Shown here in pieces: positions 52,317-64,000 of a DNA stretch of 64,000 nt; positions within the stretch are counted from its first letter, which is position 1; every line of letters starts with the position of its first letter. The notes beneath the pieces were generated by a model, which worked only from the letters and a program-made list of their open reading frames with translations, was not told the origin of the DNA and ran no database searches. Made by a program: the position numbers and the translations under genes. Location: contig CM119265.1 of assembly GCA_051294375.1 (NCBI GenBank), positions 28,240,260 to 28,304,259 on the forward strand. The letters are read 5' to 3'. Source of the DNA: Paraspadella gotoi (taxonomy: Eukaryota; Animalia; Chaetognatha).

Positions 52317-52368
<52 letters not shown>

Positions 52369-52373
52369 TATAT

Positions 52374-52460
<87 letters not shown>

Positions 52461-52825
52461 TTCTTTTGCTTTGTAACTTTTGTTTGGCGTTTTGTTTGTT
52501 TATTTTTTTTTGTTTTTTTTTCTTTATTTTCTCTCGTTTTTTCGTGAATAAGAAATTTGTTTGTTCAGGAAAATAAGAAGTTTTTACGCTTAACGTTTGC
52601 GATGTTTTTATTCTCGTCGTCGTCGTCGTCGTCGTCGTNNNNNNNNNNNNNNNNNNNNNNNNNNNNNNNNNNNNNNNNNNNNNNNNNNNNNNNNNNNNNN
52701 NNNNNNNNNNNNNNNNNNNNNNNNNNNNNNNNNNNNNNNNNNNNNNNNNNNNNNNNNNNNNNNNNNNNNNNNNNNNNNNNNNNNNNNNNNNNNNNNNNNN
52801 NNNNNNNNNNNNNNNNNNNNNNNNN

Positions 52826-52859
<34 letters not shown>

Positions 52860-53892
52860 TTCACTACGGTTGAAATGTTTCTGAGTTTTTTTAGAATAGA
52901 GTACCCATTGTCAAAGTTGATAAAAATTGAAGACCAACTATTTATAATTTTTTTCATTTTTTATGAAAAAGTAAAGTACTTAAGTTATAAAAGCACTTTA
53001 AATACCATCTTGGACAATGAATAAGTCTTCAAAAACTAATACCCTTTTATATCAAAATCAAAAATTTGATACAGCATTCAATTGTAAAGTAACTGTACGC
53101 TTGAGAAACTGTATGGAAACAAAAATCTGCCCTTTTCATTTTTTATGAAAACTTCATAAAAATAATTATCTATCATATCATAATAAGATTTTTTATATAT
53201 TATTATACCTATATTTAATGTAAACCTTGTGGGTTTTGATAAATGCATCAAAAAACATTTACTTACTCAGAAAAAAATAGTTTTAATATTGAAAAAATTC
53301 ATTTTAAAGCATAATGTTTTTATATACCCCTTTTTTTCCCCACTCTAGTATTTCTAATCGTATTACGCTCAAAATAGGCTCATTTAAATCAGATAAAGCT
53401 CATTTTCTTATATTATTTTTCTCTATATCTTTAATATTAAAAGCAAAAAAGTTTACCGATAAGCCTATTAAGTTTTTAGCGGTCCTGCGACTTTTCATTT
53501 TCCAAAATGGTACGTTATAATTTTAGACTTCTAATATTCGAACATTATAGAGCAAACTAATGTCTTTTTCTCACTCCAGTGTCGGAAATTACGGTAACTT
53601 CGTATTCTTCGTTAACTACTTAACTTCGGTAACCTTTTCACTTGTCATACGCCGCGCGAAAGGAAATCGACAAGTCGGCGCTGACGGACTGTTATAAGCT
53701 GGCGCGAAGACTCGACCTTTTTAACAATTTATGGCTGTTCAGTCAAAAGTCCTTTCCCTATCGAGTTTAGTTTAACCGAGTAACAAAGTTTTAACCCTTC
53801 TTTTTAATACCTTAATGGTTCTGATTGGACTTCTGATGTATGATGCTGATGTATATGAAATAAAGATTTCTGGTTAGAAGCTCTCCTCTTCT

Positions 53893-53927
<35 letters not shown>

Positions 53928-54702
53928 TCCTCTCTCTTCCGCTCTCTCTTCTCTCTTCTCTTTCGTCTCTCTTCTCAATATGTTTTTCGTGTCTGACGTT
54001 CGTATCGATGACTTCTGTTAAAGACCTAATTTTTTTTCTCTTTCTCTTCTCTCCCAGCTGTGTGCCACACTCGTATTAGTGCGCAGCCTCGTACGCGCCA
54101 TCTATAGTGCCTGTGTGAACATTACTGTTCGCGCGAGATCTGATCCTTAGGCTCGTTCTTTCCTATACATTGCTCCGTTCGCTCTCGCATGCCTTGTAGT
54201 TCCTTCGCTTGATTCCTTCTTGTTTATATATCTTTTTTTATGTTTCCTTTTCCTATCTTTCTTTCTATCTTACTTTCTATTTTCTGTTCTTTTCCCTTTT
54301 TCTTTTTTCTTTTCTTTCAATTTCCGCTTTCTTTAATCATGGTGTGCTTTATTTCTTCGGATTCCGCAGGAAATTTCTCTTTTTTTTTTCTTTTAATTTT
54401 TAAAATCAATTTAATTTTTCAAATTTTTGGGGTATGAAGCAGGCCAACTGCCCTTTTCCGCCTTCTCTTCTCACTCTCTTCTCTCTCCTCTTCTTTCTCT
54501 CTCTCTCTCTCTCCCTTCTTCTTTCTTTTTTGCCTTTTGTCCCTAATATTTGTCCTTTGAACTCAATGGTCCTAATATTTGTCCAAAAACTTGACATTTC
54601 ATTTATTTACCTTTTTTTTCAGCGAAGAAACTTATCTTTTCCTTTAAGTCTTTTTTTTCTTTTCTCGACTTAAGCTCCTTTCAGCATGAAAAAATCGCCC
54701 TC

Positions 54703-54784
<82 letters not shown>

Positions 54785-57554
54785 TGGCGGGTGAGGATAC
54801 ACTGCCCATTTCTGCTGGCGGATTGCTGATTTGAGCGCTCTGTAATCGCTCGCCCTCGCGGCCACTCGTGGCCCATCTCAAATTCTCCGGCTTCCTCTCT
54901 ACCCTCTCCTCGCCCGCTCGCCACGCAGCTCCGGGCACCGCCTGTCCCTGGCCGGTAACGGCCGTCGCTGCGCTCCCCGAAGTCCCTCACTCCGGAGCTG
55001 TACTGCACGCGGCTTGCATGTGCTGACCGCTCCCCAACTATCGCTCTAGACTACGTAAGGTTGGCCGCAGCTAGTATTACTAGACGTTGCTCTCTGCCTC
55101 AAATACGTGGTGTGTGTTCTCTACATCATCGCCGTGGCGCGCGGTGAGTCCGCCCTAAGCTACCCGTCCCCTCTCTCTCTTCTCCGCTCCTATCCTCTTT
55201 TCTCTTCTCTCTCTTACCCACCGTCTTTCTTTCCTACATGGTACTCTTCTCGTTACTCCCTCCTCGTCCTTTCGACTCTCCTCTCTCGGGTGCTCTCTCT
55301 CTCATACTCTCGTTCTGACATATACAGTCTACTCTCTCATCCCTCCACGCCATTCTCTACTCTCGCTTCTTTCTCGCTTCGACTCTCTCTCTGGTCCTAT
55401 ATCCATATATCGATCGCCATTCTTTTCTTCCGCTCTTCCCATCACTAACCTCTTCATCGCCCTTTTCGCTAGTTTCGGCCGCTTGCGATAACAAAAACGA
55501 GAATCCTCGGAAATTTCCATCATCGTTTTTTGTTCGCTCGCTGGGCGATCGAAGGAAAACTAAGGAGCAAAACTAAGGAAATCAAGGAAAAAACTAAGGA
55601 AACTAAGATGAAACTTAGAGACGAAACTGATGATTATTCTGCTGTCAAGAATGTCCCTTTGATTATCCCTTTGTTCTCTATGTTATTCTGCATCTCGGGA
55701 GTTAACGGTTGATGAGTTCTACCGCCGTAGGAGGGCGAGCTATTTTTTACCGCACCGCCAATTTTTCGTGAGAATGTGTAGACATTTTGTCTTGACTTTA
55801 CTCTTGTTTGGACATATTTCTGATCTCTATATATTTGTTGTCGTCTGTGTCTAACTGTTTCTATTCCTTCTTTCTCTCTTTCTTTTTATACTTCTTCTGT
55901 TCTTCTGGTTCTTTCCTAACCTCTCTCTTTCTTTCTTTTCTTTCTTTTTCTTTCTTTCTCCACTTATTCAGTGTCTAGTTCTTTCTATATAAATTTTCCT
56001 CTCTCCAGCGCTGCAGGTGTCATTGATGAAACCCTTATCGTGCCTGACAATCCAGTTTTGATTACATTCTGTTATTTACGCGGGATTTTCAAACGATGGC
56101 GCCGAAAACAGTACGTAAGGATATATCTGAGAGAGCGAGAAGAGAGAAGAGAGAGAGGAGAAGAGAGAGGGAAGAGGAGAGAGAGAGAGTGAGAGACGAG
56201 AGAGAGGAGACGAGAGATTAGATGAGAGAGGAAGATAGAAAAGTGAAGGAGAGGAGAGAGAGAGAGAATCTTTCATGTAAGCGAGCATCGGAACATCAGA
56301 AGCAGCAGTCCAAAAGGAGACTTTTGTATTCCTAGACAAACCGGATTTGACAAGAATTTTTTTCTTAACTTTTTCTAAGGGAGAGGGAGAGGTAGAGATA
56401 GAACGAGGAGTGGCAGGCTAGGGCTTGTGGAATGGACATGATATGTGATTCTCTGTTTTGATCTTATTGCAGTCATGATTTTATTAATGAGAGACTGATC
56501 GGTTTTTTTTGCTTTTATGGGGTAAAAGCTGAAACAAGAAGCGACCCTCGGCAGTTTACTTTAATGAACCTGGTCGTATGACTATTATTTAGGAGATCGG
56601 GATTACATTGATATCTGTGCTTATGCAAAAGAGGAGAGAGCGAGTACATTTTTCCCCAGTTCGCCTTGATTCACAGATATATTGACTCGTACAAAAAGTC
56701 ATCTCTCATCATTACTTCTTCTTCAATTTACTTGAAATTCGTTTCTCTCGGATTAACGTCCATAATTTTCTTTATCCACTGCCTCCGCAGGCCCTTTCGA
56801 ACCACCCTTCTCCAAACCGCCACCCCCGATCCCCTTCTCTTCGATACCACCTTCACTCCCCCTCTGAAGGACGCAGGCACGCGGCGCATGCGCATGAACT
56901 TCACCCGGAGCACAGGAGGTGAACACTGGACGGATAGATAGGCTGTAGCTGATTAAGGGAACAGGCTGGGAGCGGACGATGACTATAATAAGCACCAGGT
57001 GCCGCGCGCCAAGAGCTGGCGGCCGAAGGACCATTCACGCAATGCTGGCGTAGAATAGGACCGAGAGTCCGAAGGGAGTGAGGTTGTGAGTTGAGAAGTG
57101 AGTGTGACTTACGGGTGAGTTGTGATAAGTTTGCGTTGAAAGAAATGAATAGTGAGTGAGATCGATGAGGGATTGAGTGAATTTTTGAATAGAGTGATCT
57201 TAGGAATATAAGGCGCTCGCGCTACCTGGAGACCTCGAANNNNNNNNNNNNNNNNNNNNNNNNNAACTGTGAGAGTGAGAGAGTCTTGATTAAAATCTTT
57301 CCGGGTCCTGCTAAGTTAATATCTTGTTAGAGAGGTGGAGGCCCAAACCCAGCATAGGCTGTCAAAAATTCGAAGCCAAGATAACTTATTTATTAAATGG
57401 AAGTATTATTTTTATATTCATTGTACAAATCTCGTTCAGCAAAAGAAAGGAAAAAGAAAGTAAAAGAGAAGAAAGAAAAAATGCAGCAAAGAGAACATTT
57501 TTGACTGACCCGTGACTAGTGACCAAAAGGTCCGATACAAACCAATTGACTTTC

Positions 57555-57690
57555 TCACAACTACCAATCACAACGAACTACCAATCACAACAAAGTTGAA
57601 CAAACTACCAATCAAAACAAACTACCAATCACAACAAACTACCAATCACAACAAACTACAAATCACAACAAACTACCAATCACAACAACA
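57555..57690. repeat. 18-nt minisatellite (AACTACCAATCACAACAA)
   Basis: About 7 tandem units. Confidence 0.85.
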
Positions 57691-59831
57691 GTGGGTAAAA
57701 AAAAAGAAAAATAAATTTGGTTTTTAATCAAATTCTTTAACGCATCAACATGTGGGATTTTTTTTTCCCTTTTTTATTTATTTCAAGTTTTTTTTCTGTT
57801 TTTCTTTTTGGTCAACTGGATCCATGGAACTAACACCCGCCCCCCATAAAAAAATGACCCAATATTTTATTTGTACATAATTTACGTATCTAACTGGCCT
57901 TATTAGCAGGTTTATCCTATCTTAGCTAATTTAACTTTTAAATTAACTGAGTTAGCTATATTTACATTAACCCTACAATGTATTTTTTGTACCTCGAAAA
58001 AAAAAAACGATAAATAATAATAAAACTAAAAGGCATGTATATATTTCTTACAAACAGGTAAAAGAATAGAATAGAATCATCAACGATATTAACTCATCAA
58101 CAAACTCAAAACAACGAATTCGAATTTAATCATTTAGTTTGTTAATTTTTGATAACATTATTCACTTTCACTTTTCATCTTTCACTTTCTTTCTTTCCAT
58201 CTTTCTCTATTTCCATCTTTCTCTCACTTTCCATCTTTCACTTTCCTTCTTTCCATTTTTCAAAACAAGTCTCTCCACTCGATCCGATTCGACAAATCGT
58301 CCAGGACGAAGAAAGCGGCGGCGGCGGCGGCGCAACCGCCACCGCCTCCGCCGCCTGCCGCCGCCGCCAGCGCACCGCCTTTAGCGTCAGGGTCAACGCT
58401 GTCGTCTTCATCGTCGTCGTCACCAGGACATCAGCGAAGACGACGACGACGACGACGAGGGAGACTTGAGGAAGAAGACGAGGGCGGTGGAGGAAGAGAG
58501 GAAGAGTAGGGAGAGGCGGGTGAACATTTTGGATGGGAGGGAGGGAGAGGAGAGAGAGAGAGAGAGACGAGAGAGAGAGAGAGAGAGAAGGGGAGAGAGG
58601 GAGAGAGAGGGGAGAGTAGGGAAGAGTCACGAGTTCGATTCTTCTTCTAGTTTCTTTTCTTTTTGTCGATCACGATTCTGTTATTCCGTGATTCTGAGAT
58701 GATTTCACCCAAAGTGAAATTGAGTCCTCACTCTTCATTCGCCGGTTTTGCTCTTTGATCTTATTCGTGAATAGAACTTCTTCTCATCACAACTCGAGGG
58801 TGAGTCTCAGTGAGACACGATGAGGTAAGTTCGATGGGTAAGAGGCGAGATTCTGTGAAAGGTGAGAGCGATGATGCGAATGTCTCTCACCCGGAAGTGA
58901 CTCACTCACTCTGATGTCCAGAAAGTTCGACATAAAGTTCCTCATAATCGTTCATGAAGTTCACAGTTGACGGCGTGAGTTGCGATGGGCAAAAGTAGAT
59001 TTTCAATTATTTTATTCACGTCATTGGTGATTCGGTTCATTTGTTCATTTTTTATTTATTTCTTCGACAACTTCATAAACATTATCTATGAAAAAAGAAA
59101 AATTGATAAGTTTATTAATAATAAAATATCGGCGTACGGGGGAGAACTCGTTTAATTCAAACCCGTTGTAACCAACTGACTTACGTAAAAAAAGATATTG
59201 CTATTTTTTTTGGCTATGGGTATGAAATGTCCCACGACATTGGCACATATTGATTTAACAATTTGGATGATTTTTAAATAAACAACGAAGACTATTATCG
59301 TCTTACCTCAATATCGGTTGTTTTACATTTTAATGTTTAGATTCCGAACTGAAGAGATCAGACGAATTTTAAAGAGAGAAAATGATCTTTTGTCTGAAAT
59401 GAAAACGTGTTGCTATTGAGAACTGCCATCTTATAATAGAAATTTGTAATGAGAAAAAAAGAGCATCGACCATGAATTAAAATAAAATTAAAGCAAATGT
59501 CGCTTTATCCTGTTGCCACGGCAACAAAAAGACTGTTAAAAAATATGTATATGATATAATTAATACGAAAATATATTTCAGTTTCAACAACGATTTTATC
59601 TATTTGTTGAAAGAAAGATGAAAAAAATATATATATATATTGGTTGTACCAATTTCATAGTTATATAGTAACTGAAATATTTTTTTCAACAGGATAAAAT
59701 GATATTATGGAAATTAATTTTTAGTTACTTAATTACAGATATGAATATAATCAATATTCTCGCCCGGAAGAAAAAAGTCTTTCAATCCTAAATTCTTGTT
59801 CAAGCCGAATTAAAAAAAAGAAAAATTGAAA

Positions 59832-59923
<92 letters not shown>

Positions 59924-60186
59924 AAACCAGTTATTAATATCTGAAACCGATTACGTAGGCGAACTTAATTATTCAGAATATTCTCCTAAACTCAGTTTTT
60001 CCCGAAAAAAATTTAAAAATGTTATTTAATTCGTAACCCTCCTTTGGACTTACAGTATTTTTTTTCTTTTAATGCTACAAAATCTACGCTACGACAAAAT
60101 ATCACTGTGACACAATGGCGTAATGATATAAATCCAGTAATAATAACAAAAGTGGCATAGTGACAGTGTCGCTCTTTATCACAGTC

Positions 60187-62165
60187 ATGGCGACTCAGAC
60201 TGCGCCACGTCGTTACGCCACAGTGACGCTGCGTCTTTGCCACGCCATTTTTAGAGTCTTTCTCTCTTTTTTCATTATGCTCATCGCAAAACTTCTCTAC
60301 AAGTTTTTCCCCAAGGTTAATTTTCTCTGTGGTTGAGAATTTTAATCGAAATAAACAATAATTAATATTTTTTTTATTTTTCATCAGGTCCGTCGAATGC
60401 TTTTCGAGAGATTTGCTAAAAATAAAAATACTCAAATCTCATTTAATAAGGTATTAATACCCACATATTTTTGGGGGGAACTTAATTTTTTTGTTTTAAT
60501 CAAATCAGATTCTTAGAGATTATATTTTATTATAGTATTTTCACTACTTGTTTGATATGACTGATTCAGTCTTAAACAATGGAATTTATCTCAGAACCCA
60601 TTGGTCCCTGTTTCTTGACCCTTGCAAAAAAGTGACGGCCCGGTTAAACCACCGGTAGTAAGGTCATCTCAGCTCTGGATTCGAAGTTCCGGCAAGGCAA
60701 GACGACTGACGGAATCAGTTTCCACACTGTGTCTTTGAAATAGAGCGTTTCATATCATATCATATATAATATCATATGATCATTTCATATCATTTTAACG
60801 GCAGGACTGTTTTGAAGCTTCAGATCGTTAATATACGGTACGTCCAATTACTTGAAAAATTTTTTTTTCTGATCATACGGCATAATATGCAAATGATTTA
60901 TGGAAACGAGGCTCGTTAAAAAACAAATGATCAGTCCAAATATTCTTTCACTCTTTTCATCCCCCCCTTAAGGATGCAAGAGAGCAACGATATTTCGGCT
61001 ACGGTTTCATCGCTACCTCAGAATTCATTCTAGTCAACTTGAAGACATGGAGCCGCGAGGCTTTTCGCGAGGCGGAAATAGGTTTCTCGGCGCCGGATCC
61101 CCTCGTCCTCTCTCTTCGTTCCGGCAAAAAGAAGGCGTTGTTGTCGTCGGCGAGATCGGGAATTCCTTTGGTGTTGAATTTCGGCAGCTGCACTTGACCG
61201 CCGTACATGGGCGAGTTGGAAAGGTATGTGATTGGTGGGTTTGTTACAATATGATTGGTCGGTTTATTCAAATGTGATTATTCGGTTTGATCCAATGTGA
61301 TTGGTCGGTTTTATCAAATGTGATTGTTTGGTTTTATCCAATGTGATTAGTCGGTTTGATACAATGTGATTGATCAGTTTTATCAAGTGTGATTGTTTGG
61401 TTTTATCAAAAGTGATTGGTCAGTTTTATCTATAACCTTATCCAGCCTTATCCAGTACCTCTTAATTCCAACCATTACCATCTACTTAAAACCGTTTCTC
61501 ACCCTACAGCGAAGCGTCCCCTGCTCCAGTTAGACCTACAGTGAACAATTAAAGAAGCTAATTTTCATTTTTTTGTTGGCAGAATGAAATTTAAATTAAT
61601 ATTCCTTGATCAAGCGAACTGAAAGCACTTAAACCCGATCGATTTTTAGCCAATCAGAATCCTCCATTCAGTTTCTCCCGATTGGTCGAGAGATTTTCCT
61701 CCGTCGCTGATTTCGTATTCGTCTACATCGCTGAGGCTCATCCTTTCGAGAGGGGACACTTTGAGGGGAACTTCAACATAGAGACTCATCAGGTCGGTAG
61801 GTCGGTCTATCCGTCAGTCAATATGTCCATATATGCCAACTCGAGACTCAGAGAGGGAGAGAGAGAGACACACACACACACACACTAAGTCTAACCCACT
61901 GACCCTTTTCCAGCGCCTCGCCGACCGCCTCTCTGCGGCCTCTATCCTTCGCTCGGAAGTCGACGCCCGCTTCCCTCTCTTGAAGACGGTCGACATCCTC
62001 GTGGATGAAATGAACGACGCCGCCAACCGGAAGTTCGCCGCGGCGCCGGAACGCCTTGTCGTGGTCCTCGACGGCGTCGTGAGATACATGAGCGGCGCGA
62101 CTCCTTTGGAATACAAGATAGAGGAAGTGGAGCGATGGTTGGAGGAGCTGGAGCAGGAGCGTTAG
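60187..62165 (+). CDS. DIO: Iodothyronine deiodinase-family selenoprotein, 271 aa, Sec (TGA) at 61195-61197
   Basis: Exons 60187-60315, 60388-60450, 60973-61223, 61672-61792, 61914-62165 total 816 nt in frame. They give an N-terminal TM segment (IFRVFLSFFIMLIAKLLYKFFPK), APDP, PLVLNFGSCT-U-PPYM, DFVFVYIAEAHP, HQ...DRL.AA, LVDEMNDAAN..FAAAPERL and EVERWLE. Confidence 0.95.
61224..61430. repeat. ~22-nt intronic minisatellite (ATGTGATTGGTCGGTTT..) starting at the deiodinase donor site
   Basis: About 9 units; the first overlaps GTATGTGATTGG. Confidence 0.85.
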
Positions 62166-62510
62166 ATGGAGCAGCTGGAGGTGGTTCTATAGATGGAGCA
62201 GCTGGAACTGGTTCTATAGATGGAGCAGCTGGAGCTGTAGCGATAGATGGAGCAGCTGGAATGGAGCGATGTTTGGAGCAGCTGGAGCTGGAGCGATGGT
62301 TGGAGGAGCTGGATCTGGAGCGTTGGTTGAAGGAGCTGGAGCTGGAGCGATGGATGGACCAGCTGGAGCTGGAGCGATAGATGGACCAGATTGAGCGGGA
62401 GCGATGGATGGAGCCGCTGGAGCTGGAGCGATAGATGAAACCGCTGGAGCTGGAGCGATAGATGGAGTCCCTCGAGCTGAAGCGATGGATGGAGCAGCTG
62501 GAGCTGGAGT
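62130..62510 (+). repeat. ~27-nt tandem repeat (GAGCGATGGWTGGAGSAGCTGGAGCTG) overlapping the deiodinase C-terminus
   Basis: About 14 units. The first encodes ERWLEELEQ, and the gene's TAG occupies the Trp position of the second unit. Confidence 0.9.
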
Positions 62511-62700
62511 AATCAACATGTTTGAAAATATATATGATTATATCTTTATTCGATGCTGATATTTTGCGAGATTTCTGAAGTAGTTCAAAATTAGATTTTT
62601 CTTACTTTTCTTATATTTAATAACTTTTCATTCCGGCGTTTAAGATATTTTAGTCATGGTAGAAATTTAATATTTAATTTAATAACTGAAGTCAACTTCC

Positions 62701-62787
62701 ATCTACGAACTGATTCGATGAAAAAATCTTTTTAAAACTTTACAAAGTTGAAAGATTTTGGATGTTAAAATTTTGTCGTTTGTAGAT
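62701..62787 (+). promoter_or_regulatory. SECIS element (type 2-like) in the deiodinase 3' UTR
   Basis: Helix I ATCTACGAAC/GTTTGTAGAT; core ATGAA (62718) / GGAT (62760); helix II AAAATCTTTT/GAAAGATTTT; unpaired A-run at 62734; apical mini-helix ACTT/AAGT. AATAAA follows at 62821. Confidence 0.88.
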
Positions 62788-63887
62788 TCGATTGTTTCTC
62801 TTTTAAGAAACCATAAATTTAATAAAGTTTACGAGCATATAAATTATATGTTATATTATAACGCTACACTGTACATTTATTGGATATCTCGTGGGCATTC
62901 TTTTATTTTGAACAAATTAATGTTTGTTCATTAGCTGTCTTTATTTTTATATTTTTTCTCACTTATTTGTGTTAACTTTACAAATCTGAGAATTTTGATG
63001 ATTTGTTAATAATGTAATTAATTAATAAAAGAAAATTAAGAATAAACTATGTCAGTTTTTTTTTTTCTAAATCAAAATATCATTTAAAAAAAATTAATTC
63101 TATTTTGCTGACGATAGTTTCTCCATGTGTCTAAAAATGAAGTACCTAGAAATTTATTTTGAAATTAAAATTTAGAAAACTATTTAGCTATATTTCATCT
63201 ACGGGTATTACCCAATTATTCCTCTTTTTCTTCACCCTTCTCCTCTGCACCTTAACCCTAAACTCAAAACTCAAAAGAAAGAATCACTAAACGACTCTGA
63301 AAAGAAAATCATAAGAAACTCATCCTTAGTGACAGGAGACCGACATTCGAGACTCGGGGTCAAACTTAAGTCAACATAGAGTTCTTTGAAGCAACGTCAT
63401 GCCTGCGACCAACTTGTAGCGCTGAGGGTCAGGGCTGACATGTCTCTTCGTTTTACTAAACGTCTAAAAATTATATGTGTTGGCTTGGCATCCAGTCATC
63501 AATTCGTTCTTCTGAATGGACGCTGGCAAGTAATTCGCAAATTCTTCGGGGTTTTAGCCTTTTGTTCGTTTGGTGGTTCAGCAATACCGGTTACTTGATG
63601 ATAAATAGTTTATTCATTAATTCATAACGGGTATTTTCTTTCTTTTTTGAGAGATGTTAACGTTAATCTTCTAGAGTTTGAAAACTAAGTTCACATTTAA
63701 CACGAGTAGGACGTATTATGAATTTTGAATATTACTTGCGCAAATAAACAAACAACTTTTTTTCCTTCCGACCAATCGTGGACCAATTACGACATTTTCT
63801 CCTTTCTGCCCTCGAAAAAATTCCAGGATTCCCCGCGAGTCAAAATAACTTTTTTTCTCGTCGCATCGTTAATTATCGCTTTCGCAG

Positions 63888-63985
63888 TTTTCGTCGGATC
63901 TGCTTATCGGCAGATCCCGACTCTATAATCCACATTACGTTACAATTTGTTAGGATTTAATTATCGTAGGCAGATCCGACATCGT
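63888..63985 (+). mobile_element. Possible HINE-like element end
   Basis: TTTTCGTCGGATCTGC..GCAGATCCCGACTCTATAATCCAC has the same architecture as 43921 and 13021. Confidence 0.35.
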
Positions 63986-64000
63986 TTTAAAATTAATTAT

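Noticed and set aside
46330-53030. Many poly-V/T/S/H/M/D ORFs and the 49447-49707 ORF
   Set aside because: Mostly trinucleotide microsatellites or N-gap ORFs; no spliced model or known motif could be built.
55705-55745. Hammerhead ribozyme candidate (TGATGAG followed by a hairpin)
   Set aside because: Lacks the CTGANGA...GAAA core and closing stems.
53580-57240. GC-richer exon-like patches (53580-53770, 54780-55010, 56790-56920)
   Set aside because: Very noisy sequence with no recognisable protein; a degraded gene may be present but cannot be called.

Overview
Draft-quality animal (invertebrate-like) genomic DNA: AT-rich introns, abundant (GA)n/(GAC)n/(ATTG)n microsatellites, N-gaps and several duplicated blocks that look like assembly artefacts. 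Most ORFs in the supplied track are microsatellite noise; the real genes are spliced and were rebuilt by hand from GT-AG boundaries, phase continuity and protein motifs. Genes found: (1) an NSMF/NELF-like gene (+, ~199-7435); (2) a 2-exon, ~790-aa XK-related-like multipass membrane protein (+, 9785-12227); (3) a class I alpha-1,2-mannosidase, GH47 (-, 14022-~37406); (4) a BMP5-8/gbb-class gene (-, 15680-24060) lying inside one mannosidase intron on the same strand, with a decayed XK-like copy inside one of its own introns; (5) an unrecognised multi-exon gene (-, ~38965-43359); (6) a selenoprotein iodothyronine deiodinase (+, 60187-62165) with in-frame TGA and a SECIS at 62701-62787. The most unusual observations are the three-level gene nesting and a recurring pattern of stop-codon regions and splice donors echoed as degenerate tandem repeats. 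Family assignments rest on remembered motifs, not database searches.
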